A DNA stretch of 64,000 bases from an uncultured Candidatus Saccharibacteria bacterium (GTDB taxonomy: Bacteria > Patescibacteriota > Minisyncoccia > Phycocordibacterales > UBA9973). A model generated the notes under the pieces. That model saw only the letters and a program-made list of their open reading frames with translations, ran no database searches and had not been told where the DNA came from. The number at the start of each line of letters is the position of its first letter. Position 1 is the stretch's first letter. Made by a program: the position numbers and the translations under genes. Positions 18,136-27,728 of this stretch are shown piece by piece. The stretch is taken from assembly GCA_964645245.1 (NCBI GenBank), contig CAZYBS010000002.1:18161-82160 (forward strand), in the 5' to 3' direction.

Positions 18136-18163
18136 TTGTATTTTATCATTAATATGTTATAAT
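18136..18163 (+). promoter_or_regulatory. Candidate sigma70-type promoter TTGTAT-16-TATAAT for the GC-rich gene
   Basis: TTGTAT at 18136-18141 and TATAAT at 18158-18163. Confidence 0.3.
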
Positions 18164-18200
18164 ACTAGAGTAATACGTTCTTTAAAATCTTTACGAAATT

Positions 18201-18244
18201 GCCACAGCAGAAAGTATCTTAATTTTAGGATTCTTTCTGCTGTG
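18201..18244 (+). promoter_or_regulatory. Perfect 14-bp inverted repeat (GCCACAGCAGAAAG / CTTTCTGCTGTGGC) in the leader of the GC-rich gene; a GCCACATGTGGC palindrome follows at ~18271-18282
   Basis: Read directly from the sequence. No U-tract follows, so it is more likely an operator or RNA structure than a terminator. Confidence 0.4.
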
Positions 18245-18305
18245 GCGAAACCCATGTTGGGCTAGCTATACAGCATGCCACATGTGGCAGAAAGGAGGTC
18301 GAGAC

Positions 18306-18929
18306 ATGTCTCGATACCTCGAAGGCACCACTCACCAACTGTGTGAACAACTGCAGGGGGCTGGCTTTAAAGAGAACGAAGTACATGTTCTCGGAGACAG
18401 ATCCCGCCTGGATCGTATTCTTGCCGAAATTCGTACTGGTGTAGTAATCGGTTCGTCGCCGGACTTGGACTCAATCAATCCAGTTCTGGTCGTGGACCGC
18501 ACTAAGGCGCCGGTTTACCCAAGGGCCATGACTGGTGGGCTCGTGCGACCCGATCTTGAGCTCACCGGGCCTGATCGTTTCAGCATCAACCATACGTTGA
18601 CTTTTCCCTTTACGACGTCCGAACCTGCGCTGGGGCAAGAGGTCTACGATAGGTGGATGAAGGACGATACGCCTCAAAGATATATCGACGGGTACGTCTC
18701 CCTGATCGACCTGATCGCGATTCGGGCCAGGGGTCCGATCTTTTACCACCTTCATTTTAGCGGAATGAAGCTGGTCGCCATGAAGTCAGCCGGTAAGTTC
18801 CACGAGAACGGGTCCGAGTTGGTCCGTGTACCATATTTGTACGAGGCAAAGAAATGTGTTCACCGTGGGTGGAGGTGGCTTGGGCACACGTTCACTCAAG
18901 AATACAAAGCGCTTCGTATCGTGACCTAG
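18306..18929 (+). CDS. Hypothetical protein encoded in a GC-rich island (probable start at the second ATG, with AAAGGAGG SD)
   Basis: ORF 18282..18929. The internal ATG at 18306 is preceded by AAAGGAGG-N7. Codon usage is GC-rich, unlike the neighbours. No recognisable family. Confidence 0.55.
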   Translation: MSRYLEGTTHQLCEQLQGAGFKENEVHVLGDRSRLDRILAEIRTGVVIGSSPDLDSINPVLVVDRTKAPVYPRAMTGGLVRPDLELTGPDRFSINHTLTFPFTTSEPALGQEVYDRWMKDDTPQRYIDGYVSLIDLIAIRARGPIFYHLHFSGMKLVAMKSAGKFHENGSELVRVPYLYEAKKCVHRGWRWLGHTFTQEYKALRIVT

Positions 18930-18966
18930 TAGTCTATACTTGTGGGTGTAATAGTTTAAACTCTCA

Positions 18967-19000
18967 GGCCGCGCGGCGTCACTCTGTGACACGCGCGGCC
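18967..19000 (+). terminator. GC-rich hairpin after the island gene (GGCCGCGCG...CGCGCGGCC)
   Basis: 9-bp perfect GC stem extended by GTCAC/GTGAC; only a weak T-tract follows. Confidence 0.4.
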
Positions 19001-19073
19001 TTCTCAATTTAATTAAATCTTTGCCTCGCCCGTAGGTCTATGGCCGAGGGAAATTTTTTGCGCTTTTAAAAAA

Positions 19074-19871
19074 CTATTTTAAAAGAGACCAAACAAGGTA
19101 GCATAAATACAGAAATGCCAGAACTACTAGTAGTTTCCTTAAATATTCCTCTGGGATTTTTTGGACGTGCTTAGTTACGAAGTGCGCACCAATAAAGGTT
19201 CCTACCCATAAAGTTAAAACGTATGGCCAGGCCAAAAGACCAGCAAGCGCAGTCATAATTATAGAAAAAATTGTAGTGGGCACATAAATTATGTTTGTGA
19301 TGCCAATTCCCTCCACCACTTTCATTCTAAGCAAACTAGAATAAGCAATTTTCTGGAAGGTCCCTGCTCCTACACCACTAACATTCGCATAGAGGCCTAA
19401 CCCTAGCATGATACTGCCTATTAAAGGATATTGTTTGCCGTTAATGCGCATCTCTTCTAAATTTCTAGGGGCCTTATTCTTGGACACTAGTATGTGTATT
19501 ACTAGAAGTGAAAGAGCGATGATAAGCAAATAGCTCAAAAGAGTGGCAGAAATTTTTGTAAGAAAAATTGTGCCGATAATTCCACCAATTAAAAAAGGTA
19601 AGCCAAGGAGGATGATTAATTTTTTATTACCCCAAATACTTTTTGGTGAGGCACTTACCGCTCCAACGCTTGACCCCAAACACCCCGCAATGTCAGTGGC
19701 AATCACTGTTGGTAATGGTATTCCTAAAAAAAGAAGAGCAAATTGAATTAGAATTCCTCCACCTCCCAAAACTACAGCATATCCCTCAGCGATTATTCCA
19801 GCTAAAAAGATAACTGGGAGATGCCATAAATGGAAAAAAGGTGGAATAAAATTTATAAAAAAGTTATACAT
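19074..19871 (-). CDS. TauE/SafE (DUF81) family membrane exporter
   Basis: 265 aa polytopic protein with the LAGIIAEGYAVVLGGGGILIQFALLFLGIP motif typical of TauE/SafE. Confidence 0.6.
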   Translation of the reverse strand: MYNFFINFIPPFFHLWHLPVIFLAGIIAEGYAVVLGGGGILIQFALLFLGIPLPTVIATDIAGCLGSSVGAVSASPKSIWGNKKLIILLGLPFLIGGIIGTIFLTKISATLLSYLLIIALSLLVIHILVSKNKAPRNLEEMRINGKQYPLIGSIMLGLGLYANVSGVGAGTFQKIAYSSLLRMKVVEGIGITNIIYVPTTIFSIIMTALAGLLAWPYVLTLWVGTFIGAHFVTKHVQKIPEEYLRKLLVVLAFLYLCYLVWSLLK

Positions 19872-19873
19872 TT

Positions 19874-21277
19874 TTAAATCTTTGAAATTTTCTGTCCTTC
19901 ACTTGTGTCCTTAATATCGTAACCCAGAGAATTTATTTTTTTGCGAAGTTCATCGGATTTTTTGAAGTTTTTATCAAGGCGGGCTTGCTCACGTTCTTTT
20001 ATAAGTTTTTGTATTTCTTCCGGTATTTTTTCTTCTTTTAAATCTGCAAAACCAAGTCCAAGTATTTTATCAAAATCCAAAATTGTCACTTTTTTGTCGG
20101 CATCGGACATATTTTCATCTTTTATTACATCCCAAAGGAGAGACAATGCTCTGGGGGTGTCTAAATCGTCTTCCATATATTCTCTAAACTTGTTTTGATA
20201 TTCTTGATGTACATTTCCAACATCCTTGCCTAGGCTCAGATAGAGGTTATAAAGCCGTTTTAGGGCGTTTTCCGCTCCTTCCAAGGCCTCCCAGTTAAAG
20301 TTCATTTTAGTGCGATAATTAGCCATTAGAAGCCAAAAGCGATAAGTTACAGAGTTTATGTTTTTATTGGTTAAATTTTCTAATTTTAAGAAATTATTTT
20401 CTGATTTGGACATTTTTACACCACCAGTATCAACAAATTCACTATACATCCAAAATTTAACGAAGGGCTTTTTACCAGTTGCACATTCCGATTGAGCTAT
20501 CTCATTGGTATGATGGGTGGTGATAAGGTCAATGCCCCCTGTATGGATATCAAATTGCTCGCCTAAGAATTTCATACTCATGGCTGAGCATTCTATGTGC
20601 CAACCAGGAAAACCCTTACTCCAGGGAGATTCAAAACCGATTTCGGATTCTTGTCCGCCTTTGGTGGAGAATTTCCAAAGCGCAAAGTCTTCCGGATTTT
20701 TCTTCTCAGAATTCTCAATAACTCTGGCGTGATTTTCCTGCCAAATTCTTTTTCCACCCCAAAGTATCCCATAGTCCGACATTTTTGAAATATCAAAATA
20801 AATTCCGTCGTTTGTTTTATATGTATATCCTTTTTCTTCCAGTTTTTTTATTAGATCTATATCTTCTTTTATATAATCGCTGGCAAAAGGCATTTTGTCC
20901 GGTATTTTAATATTTAATTTTTTCAAATTGTCCTTAAATTTTTCTGTATAGAATTCTGCCAACTCCCGCATATTTTTTAAATTCAAAACTTTTCCTTCAC
21001 GCAACAGTCCCTTAGTCATTTTATCTTCACCGGAGTCCGCATCGCTTGTTAGGTGTCCGATATCCGTAATGTTCATTACTTGTTTTACTTTTAGTCCGCT
21101 ATATTTGAGGGTGCGGCATAGAATATCAGCAAAAACATAAGAGCGTAAATTTCCTATATGCACATAATCATATACTGTCGGTCCGCAAGTATACATTCGG
21201 ACTTCGTCTTTATCAATAGGGGAGAAGTTTTCTTTTTTGCGCGTCAGAGTGTTATACAGTAATATTTTTTTGTGCAT
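19874..21277 (-). CDS. cysS: Cysteinyl-tRNA synthetase
   Basis: HIGH motif (CGPTVYDYVHIGNLRSY) and KMSKS. The ORF extends to 21292; the start is probably at MHKKILLYNTLTRKKE by comparison with the canonical CysS N-terminus. Confidence 0.9.
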   Translation of the reverse strand: MHKKILLYNTLTRKKENFSPIDKDEVRMYTCGPTVYDYVHIGNLRSYVFADILCRTLKYSGLKVKQVMNITDIGHLTSDADSGEDKMTKGLLREGKVLNLKNMRELAEFYTEKFKDNLKKLNIKIPDKMPFASDYIKEDIDLIKKLEEKGYTYKTNDGIYFDISKMSDYGILWGGKRIWQENHARVIENSEKKNPEDFALWKFSTKGGQESEIGFESPWSKGFPGWHIECSAMSMKFLGEQFDIHTGGIDLITTHHTNEIAQSECATGKKPFVKFWMYSEFVDTGGVKMSKSENNFLKLENLTNKNINSVTYRFWLLMANYRTKMNFNWEALEGAENALKRLYNLYLSLGKDVGNVHQEYQNKFREYMEDDLDTPRALSLLWDVIKDENMSDADKKVTILDFDKILGLGFADLKEEKIPEEIQKLIKEREQARLDKNFKKSDELRKKINSLGYDIKDTSEGQKISKI

Positions 21278-22289
21278 TTTCTTTGAATTCATTTCTATAA
21301 ATTGAGATAAGGGTGTAGAGTAAGCTTACCGTCAAAGGTCCTACTAAAATACCAACTGGACCCAAGAGCGAAACTCCGCCGAGCACTGAAAACAGAATCA
21401 AGAGGGAAGGCATATTTATTTTTTTGCCGACGATCAGCGGGCTTAAGAAATTGTCAATCATTCCTACCACCACGACTGCCCAGATTAAAAGACCTATAGC
21501 AGACGTGGTATCTCCAGTAATAAAAAGGAAAATAATTGCAGGAACTGAGACTAGAGCAGTACCAAAGGTCGGAATCAGAGATAGGACGGCAGCCACTACG
21601 CCCCAAAGTGCTCCATTGGGAATATTAAAAAGCCAAAATCCAAACCCCAAAAGTACTCCTTGGATCAGAGCTATTAAAAGAGATCCTTTTATTACAGCGT
21701 TGACGGCTTGCGCCAGCTTGGTAATTATTTTTTCATCATCTTTATCTCCCAGCGGACTAAGCACAACAATAGTTTCTCTCCATTTTGCTCCGTCTTTTAA
21801 AAAATAAAAAATAATTAAGAGCATTAATATAAATGAAAAGAAAGCGGAAATAGTAGTACTGAATATATTCGCTATATTATTTGATATGTAAGAAATAAAA
21901 TCCCTGGCTTTCTCGTTTATATTAAAAACTATACCTTCAGGCAATATTTTATTTACTGTATTGTTGATTGAATCCATGAATGGTTTAGCATTTCTTTCAT
22001 TTACAACTTGATGATAAACATTCTGACTTTGTTTAAAGACCATAGCGCTAATGCCTAAAAGCGGGCCACAGATTACTAGAGCAAAAAGACCCACAGTCAG
22101 AAAGGCAGAAAGCCAACTGGGCAATTTCCTATCATTGAGCCATTCGTATATAGGATAGAGCACAATGGAAAAAGAGATTCCAAGCACCAGCACTATCCAA
22201 AAAGGGCGGAAAATTAGAAAAGTGAAAAGAAGAGTTGCCAATAAGAGCCCGAAGAAAAAATATCTTTCAATAAATTTTGTTTGCATCAT
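21252..22289 (-). CDS. AI-2E family (UPF0118/PerM-like) membrane transporter
   Basis: 345 aa with ~8 TM helices and an architecture typical of the family. Confidence 0.5.
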   Translation of the reverse strand: MMQTKFIERYFFFGLLLATLLFTFLIFRPFWIVLVLGISFSIVLYPIYEWLNDRKLPSWLSAFLTVGLFALVICGPLLGISAMVFKQSQNVYHQVVNERNAKPFMDSINNTVNKILPEGIVFNINEKARDFISYISNNIANIFSTTISAFFSFILMLLIIFYFLKDGAKWRETIVVLSPLGDKDDEKIITKLAQAVNAVIKGSLLIALIQGVLLGFGFWLFNIPNGALWGVVAAVLSLIPTFGTALVSVPAIIFLFITGDTTSAIGLLIWAVVVVGMIDNFLSPLIVGKKINMPSLLILFSVLGGVSLLGPVGILVGPLTVSLLYTLISIYRNEFKENAQKNITV

Positions 22290-22336
22290 AGAATTATTAT
22301 AGCATATATTTGCTTTTTTACAAAATTTCTTATAAT
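22281..22336 (+). promoter_or_regulatory. Candidate promoter for rplU (TTGCAT...TATATT or TTGCTT-15-TATAAT); the ATG follows ~9 nt after the -10 with no SD, so the mRNA may be leaderless
   Basis: Read directly. Confidence 0.25.
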
Positions 22337-22345
22337 ATATAATTT

Positions 22346-22684
22346 ATGGAATTCGCGGTTATACAAACAGGCGGGAAGCAATACAAGGTCTCGAAGGGGA
22401 GCCTTGTTTCTATTGAGAAAATCAAGGGACCTGCCTCGCCGGTAGGCAGGGAATATAAAAAAGGAGACAAACTTTTTTTTGATAAAGTCTTGCTCGTTGA
22501 CGATGGCAAAGACACCACTATCGGCACGCCTTATATCGTCGGCGCAAAAGTGAATGCGGAAATTGTAGAAATCGGCCGGGCCCGAAAAATTCTCGTCGTA
22601 AAATATAAGCAAAAATCCCGTTACCTGCGCCGCGCCGGCCACCGCCAGCCTTTCTTTAAAGTAAAAATTACTTCGATTAAATAA
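22346..22684 (+). CDS. rplU: 50S ribosomal protein L21
   Basis: MEFAVIQTGGKQYKVSKGSLVSIEKI...YKQKSRYLRRAGHRQPFFKVKI. Confidence 0.9.
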   Translation: MEFAVIQTGGKQYKVSKGSLVSIEKIKGPASPVGREYKKGDKLFFDKVLLVDDGKDTTIGTPYIVGAKVNAEIVEIGRARKILVVKYKQKSRYLRRAGHRQPFFKVKITSIK

Positions 22685-22709
22685 CAGTTAATTAGTTTGA
22701 TATCAAGCT

Positions 22710-23417
22710 GTGATTAAATCTACATTTAGAATATTATGGTTTACTATATTTGCCATAACCTTACTTATTGGAGGATTTGTTGGATTTTATTTTGTAAAAA
22801 ATTATATAAAAGACCAATCTACGTTAAAACGGATTCCCGCAATAGTAAATTGGGTAGAAAATTTTTATACAAAAAAAGGACACTATCCGGCCAAAGAAGA
22901 ATTCGATAATAAGTTTCCGGATTTTCGTAAAATAAGCAAGAGAGGATACACCACATATAGTGATTCAGCTCAAAAGGCGCCACAAGATTTTTCTTTACCG
23001 TATGATTTATCTAAGGAGAGAAAAAACGCCATAGGCACCCCAAGTCGGACCCTTTTCTATGACGGCTATTATAATGTTCGGCCTTGTCCTCGGTGGGGTG
23101 TATTGGGTCTTGAGTCAAAAGAAACTGTACAGTCTCTTGAGGGTGGTCTTTACGTCTATCCACCCGAGGGTATGATTTTTGCAGATTTTTATGCGGGAGA
23201 AATTTACTTTTCACACATTGAAAATCACAAATTATTAAATGGTAAAACTACATTATTGAGTGGGTTAAATAAACCACGGGGGTTTTATTTGAATACAGGT
23301 AAAGTATTAGTAACTGATGGTCCTGACGTTTTTACCTATGATTGGGTGGGTAGTGAACTTAAACTAAAAAATCCTCAAAAAATTGGACAGGTTCCAACGG
23401 GTTGCCCTGTCTCTTAG
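22710..23417 (+). CDS. Hypothetical membrane-anchored protein
   Basis: N-terminal TM (FRILWFTIFAITLLIGGFVGFYFV); the rest is unrecognised. Confidence 0.4.
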   Translation: MIKSTFRILWFTIFAITLLIGGFVGFYFVKNYIKDQSTLKRIPAIVNWVENFYTKKGHYPAKEEFDNKFPDFRKISKRGYTTYSDSAQKAPQDFSLPYDLSKERKNAIGTPSRTLFYDGYYNVRPCPRWGVLGLESKETVQSLEGGLYVYPPEGMIFADFYAGEIYFSHIENHKLLNGKTTLLSGLNKPRGFYLNTGKVLVTDGPDVFTYDWVGSELKLKNPQKIGQVPTGCPVS

Positions 23418-23480
23418 CGAGAAATTTTATTGTCTATTCCTCAATGCATTTTTGTTATATAAGTATGCTATACTCAAATT

Positions 23481-24002
23481 ATGCTATCGCGGAATTCAAG
23501 TATTGAAAATATAATTTTTAGACTCTTGTTTGAACCAACGCATCGGTATAAAGGTATGCCTGTTAGCATGCTTGGATTACCTGCCATATTTCCGTTTAAA
23601 AAGCAGTCTATAAACAATACGCTTTCCCGATTAAACAAAAATGGTTTGATACTGAAAGAAAATAATTACATATCTTTACTCCCCAGGGGAAGAAAACATG
23701 TTGAAAATAAAAAAGTTAGATTTTTAACATTTGCTTCGCCGTATAAAAAAGAATCACCCAGGAACTTGCTTGTAATGTTTGATATTCCAGAAGTCAAAAA
23801 GGCGGAAAGAGAATGGTTTCGTTTCCACTTGCGACAATTTGACTATAAAATGATCCAGAAAAGCGTTTGGGTCGGACCATCACCTCTTCCGAAAGATTTC
23901 TTGGATTATGTAAAAGAAATTAAGCTTCGAGAATGTATTAAAACATTTAAACTAGCCAAACCCTACCCTACAATACTCAAACTTAGCGATAGCAGAATTT
24001 GA
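23481..24002 (+). CDS. PaaX-like / Cas2-fold putative regulator (paralog of 3500..4018)
   Basis: LLVMFDIPEVKKAEREWFRFHLRQFDYKMIQKSVWVGPSP matches the same C-terminal signature. Confidence 0.45.
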   Translation: MLSRNSSIENIIFRLLFEPTHRYKGMPVSMLGLPAIFPFKKQSINNTLSRLNKNGLILKENNYISLLPRGRKHVENKKVRFLTFASPYKKESPRNLLVMFDIPEVKKAEREWFRFHLRQFDYKMIQKSVWVGPSPLPKDFLDYVKEIKLRECIKTFKLAKPYPTILKLSDSRI

Positions 24003-24036
24003 GTATTTGACGTTTCTTTTTGTTGTAATTCACTTA

Positions 24037-24828
24037 CTAGGACGGATGGATAAACCAGCCACGGTTCTTGGCGTGCTTGTATCCGGCGATGTAAAGAAAA
24101 ATTCCAAGTGCTAAATAAATTAAATTAAGAGTAACAATTATAATTATGGTGGGACTTTCGGGGTTTTGTCCGTGCAAAATGAGTGCTCGCAGTCCCTCAA
24201 AAATATGACTGACCGGAAAAATACCGGCTACTTTTGCTACAAGAGGAGGCAGGGTATTAAGCGGATAAAAAACTCCGCTAATCGGATAGAGGATTGCAAT
24301 GAGTGACCAGGCCAATATTTGAACTCTAGTACCGAATCGAAATATTAAAGACGAAGTAATATAGCCGAATGCCCAACCGAACACAAAAATATTTAAAATA
24401 AAAAATGTGATCGGCCAACCATAGTAGAGTAGATTAAAACCAAACAAGCCAGAAGTCAGAAATAGTAAAAACGAAACTGTTATCAATGCTTTAATAAGCG
24501 ATAAAATCAGCGTTCCGATTATGACTTCCCCGATTGATATTGGCGAAGAAAATAAATTATATAAATTTCTACTCCATGCATCTTCTAAAAGCGATACAGT
24601 AATGTCTCTTTGTATATTATAAACAAGAGTCCACAATATCAGCCCTCCCAAAATAGCCGAGGCTATCCCAGCTTGGACGTTTAACTTGTCTATATAAACA
24701 GTCAGCAAGCCAAATGCCAGAAGATCAATGGTGGGCCAGAAAATAATATCAACTTTGCGATCAATTGTCGCTACGACCTCACACCAGTGGCGATATAAAA
24801 ATCCCTTTATTCTGTGAAGTTTAATCAT
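24037..24828 (-). CDS. ABC-2 type transporter permease
   Basis: 263 aa with 6 TM helices, immediately downstream of and overlapping the ABC ATPase. Confidence 0.6.
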   Translation of the reverse strand: MIKLHRIKGFLYRHWCEVVATIDRKVDIIFWPTIDLLAFGLLTVYIDKLNVQAGIASAILGGLILWTLVYNIQRDITVSLLEDAWSRNLYNLFSSPISIGEVIIGTLILSLIKALITVSFLLFLTSGLFGFNLLYYGWPITFFILNIFVFGWAFGYITSSLIFRFGTRVQILAWSLIAILYPISGVFYPLNTLPPLVAKVAGIFPVSHIFEGLRALILHGQNPESPTIIIIVTLNLIYLALGIFLYIAGYKHAKNRGWFIHPS

Positions 24829-25573
24829 ATTCCAATTCCCCTTTAGCTAACTTCAAAAATACTTCCTCCATACTTTCAACTTCCAAAAACTTTTGCAGAT
24901 TTTGTGGCGTATCTATTTTGTAAATTTCTCCCTTGTGCAGCAGGGCAACCCGGTTGCACATTTGTTCTACTTCCGGCATATTGTGGGATGTAAAAATAAT
25001 TGTTAGTTTTCTTTGTTTTTGGATTTTAAGCAGCATATTGCGTACGTGGGCAGCGATGGCCGGATCAAGACTGGCGGTTGGTTCATCTAAAAGCAAGAAT
25101 TCCGGGTCATTGATCAAACTTTTACAGAGATTTACGCGAGTTTTTTGTCCAGCAGATAGATCATTAATTTTCTGATTGCGTAAGTCGCTAATCTGGAACT
25201 GTTCAAGTAAACTTTCTATTTTATTTCTATAATTTTTAACTCCGTATAATAGCGCAAAGACTTTTAGATTTTTGTATATGGTTAAGTTATTTGCCAAATC
25301 AGCGTAAGCTGTGGCAATATTCATTCGGTCTTTTATTTCTTCTTCATGTTCAAAAAAATTTTTACCGAAAATTTTTACTGTTCCAGAAGTAGGGGACAGC
25401 AGTCCGATTAGAATATTCAGAGTGGTGGATTTGCCAGCGCCATTAGGACCTAAGATGCCGAAAATTTCTCCCTCGGATATCTTAAAATTTATACCCTTAA
25501 GAGCAAAGATCGGTTTCTTTTTTGAGCCATAAACTTTCTTTAGATTTTCTACTTCAATAATATTTCTAGCCAT
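24821..25573 (-). CDS. ABC transporter ATP-binding protein
   Basis: Walker A GILGPNGAGKST, signature LSAGQKTRV, and Walker B LLLDEPTASLD. Confidence 0.9.
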   Translation of the reverse strand: MARNIIEVENLKKVYGSKKKPIFALKGINFKISEGEIFGILGPNGAGKSTTLNILIGLLSPTSGTVKIFGKNFFEHEEEIKDRMNIATAYADLANNLTIYKNLKVFALLYGVKNYRNKIESLLEQFQISDLRNQKINDLSAGQKTRVNLCKSLINDPEFLLLDEPTASLDPAIAAHVRNMLLKIQKQRKLTIIFTSHNMPEVEQMCNRVALLHKGEIYKIDTPQNLQKFLEVESMEEVFLKLAKGELEYD

Positions 25574-25579
25574 ATTTTT

Positions 25580-26197
25580 TTACTGCCGATTTTTTAGGGC
25601 GTTTTTGAGGGTGTCGTTGTCTGAATATTCAAGTTCCGTGCCGGTGGAAAGACCTTTGCCCAGGGAGGAGATTTTAATACCGAGTGTTTTTGCAATTTCC
25701 TTGAGCTGTTCTCGAACGTAAGAGTCAGTATGGTTGCCTTGGGGATTTAAGGAAAAAGCGAGGATTATTTCTTTTAAATTATTTTTCGCTTCACCCTTTA
25801 TCTTTTCTTTTAGTTCTTCAATTCGAACTCGGCTTTTGGTATTCTTTTCAACAATCGGCACCAGTCCGCCTAAAATAAAATACTTGCCATTATAAACTCT
25901 GCTTTTCTTTACACTTTCCAAATCAGAATCTTTTTCAACAATCATCAAGGTAGAAGAATCTATATTTGCATCAGCGCATATTTCACAAATTTTCTCTTTG
26001 CTGTTTTTTATTATAAAAAATCTAAAACATTCTTTGCATTGCGCTATTTCTTTTTTTAAATCTAAAATCAAACTAGCTAAATTATCAATATAGCTTCCAT
26101 TTCTAGACATCAAAAAATAAACAAAGCGTCTGGCTTGCCGCTCTCCGATGCCGGGAAATTCCTTAAAAATTTGACTTAGTTTTTCAATAATGTCCAT
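25580..26197 (-). CDS. recR: Recombination protein RecR
   Basis: N-terminal HhH (FPGIGERQARRFVYFLM), C4 zinc finger (CKECF...CEIC), and a Toprim domain. Confidence 0.88.
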   Translation of the reverse strand: MDIIEKLSQIFKEFPGIGERQARRFVYFLMSRNGSYIDNLASLILDLKKEIAQCKECFRFFIIKNSKEKICEICADANIDSSTLMIVEKDSDLESVKKSRVYNGKYFILGGLVPIVEKNTKSRVRIEELKEKIKGEAKNNLKEIILAFSLNPQGNHTDSYVREQLKEIAKTLGIKISSLGKGLSTGTELEYSDNDTLKNALKNRQ

Positions 26198-26214
26198 TTC
26201 CTGATTCTAGCACA

Positions 26215-27621
26215 TTAAAATTCATCTAAGTCTCCTTTTACTTTCGATGGGGCGAATTCACTGATATTGCTTTTTTCAAGGTTTAAGAAGGTCGTGGTTT
26301 TTTCATCAAAATAGAGCTCAATTTTCCCCACCGGGCCGTTGCGGTGTTTTTCAATCAAAATTTCTGCAATATTTGTTTTTTCTGATTCATCTTTTCCTTT
26401 ATCTTCCCGATGAATGAACATTACAACATCCGCATCTTGCTCTATAGACCCCGAATCGCGAAGGTCAGATAATCTTGGTTTCCCGCCCCTGGACTCTACT
26501 GCGCGGGAGAGCTGGGAGAGCGCCAGTACTGGCACGTTCAGTTCTTTTGCCAAACTCTTAAGCGACCTTGAAATTTCTGTCACTTGGCTGACCATTGAAT
26601 CGTAATTTTTTGAAGTTGTCATCAGCTGCAGGTAATCAACGACGATAAGGTCAAGCCCTTTTTCCGCCTTGAGTCTGCGGGACAAGGCTTTCATCCGGAC
26701 AATGGAATTTCCCGGCTGGTCATCAATATAAATCTGCGCCTTGGCCAATTTGTCCAGCGAGTCCCGAAGTTGGGAGAATTCTCTGTCCGAAGACAAGCGT
26801 CCGGTGCGCAAGTTCCAAGCATTGACTCGGCTCTCGGCTGAAAGCATCCTATCCACTAATTGTTGAGAAGACATTTCCAAAGAGAATATCACTACCGACT
26901 TTTCGTGTACCACTGATGTCATGCGGGCGATATCCAGAGCCAGAGTAGTCTTACCCATGCTTGGTCTGGCCGCAATAATAATCAAATCAGCTTTTTGCAA
27001 ACCGGAGAGAATAGTATCCAGATCTCGGAAGCCAGTCGGAAGTCCGCGCAGCATTCCTTTATTTTCATGAAGTTTTTCCAGGCGCTCGTAAGCTTCCGGC
27101 AAAGCATCTTTCAAATGCACATATTTTTGATTCTTCGGCGAAGAGACGACGCTAAATACTTTTTTTTCTGCCATGTCCAAAATGTCTTCCATATGGTCGT
27201 CGCCCTCTTCAAAGGCGAGCTCAGAAACATAATCCGCCGCTTCAATCAAGCTTCGCAAGACATATTTTTTTTGCACGATATCAGCATAGTGTTTGACATT
27301 AATACTTGAGGGAACGACGTTGACTATTTCCGCCAGATATTGATTGCCTCCGACTTGCTCGAGCATTTTTTTCTCGGCCAGCTTGGTAGAGAGCGAAAGC
27401 ATGTCTATCGGCTCGTTCTTGAGGGACAGGTCAAGCATTGCCTGGAAAATCTTCTTGTGCTTCTGAACATAAAAAGATTCCGGCGATACCATATCCTCCA
27501 CCTCATGCATTGCGTCCTTGCGAAGCATGATGGATCCAAGTACCGCTTGTTCTGACTCAATACTCTGGGGTGGAATGCGCAGATTACTATTCTGCTTGTT
27601 GGTTTTTAGATTTCTGACCAT
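26215..27621 (-). CDS. dnaB: Replicative DNA helicase DnaB
   Basis: N-terminal DnaB domain and a RecA-like domain with Walker A AARPSMGKTTLALDIA. Confidence 0.9.
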   Translation of the reverse strand: MVRNLKTNKQNSNLRIPPQSIESEQAVLGSIMLRKDAMHEVEDMVSPESFYVQKHKKIFQAMLDLSLKNEPIDMLSLSTKLAEKKMLEQVGGNQYLAEIVNVVPSSINVKHYADIVQKKYVLRSLIEAADYVSELAFEEGDDHMEDILDMAEKKVFSVVSSPKNQKYVHLKDALPEAYERLEKLHENKGMLRGLPTGFRDLDTILSGLQKADLIIIAARPSMGKTTLALDIARMTSVVHEKSVVIFSLEMSSQQLVDRMLSAESRVNAWNLRTGRLSSDREFSQLRDSLDKLAKAQIYIDDQPGNSIVRMKALSRRLKAEKGLDLIVVDYLQLMTTSKNYDSMVSQVTEISRSLKSLAKELNVPVLALSQLSRAVESRGGKPRLSDLRDSGSIEQDADVVMFIHREDKGKDESEKTNIAEILIEKHRNGPVGKIELYFDEKTTTFLNLEKSNISEFAPSKVKGDLDEF

Positions 27622-27728
27622 AAAGCCATTTTAGCACAGTAGAAAAATTGTCAAAATGGAAAAATGGGCAAAATGTTATTAAAATGTGGACAAATATTTA
27701 GGCTGAAATAGTTAAAATATGCTAATAT

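Noticed and set aside
21252-21292. 41-nt overlap between cysS and the AI-2E transporter ORFs
   Set aside because: It is not a real overlap problem. The CysS N-terminus aligns from the internal Met (MHKKILLYNTL...), which shortens the overlap to ~26 nt.
22286-22642. 118-aa minus-strand ORF over rplU
   Set aside because: It is entirely antisense to the confidently identified L21 gene.
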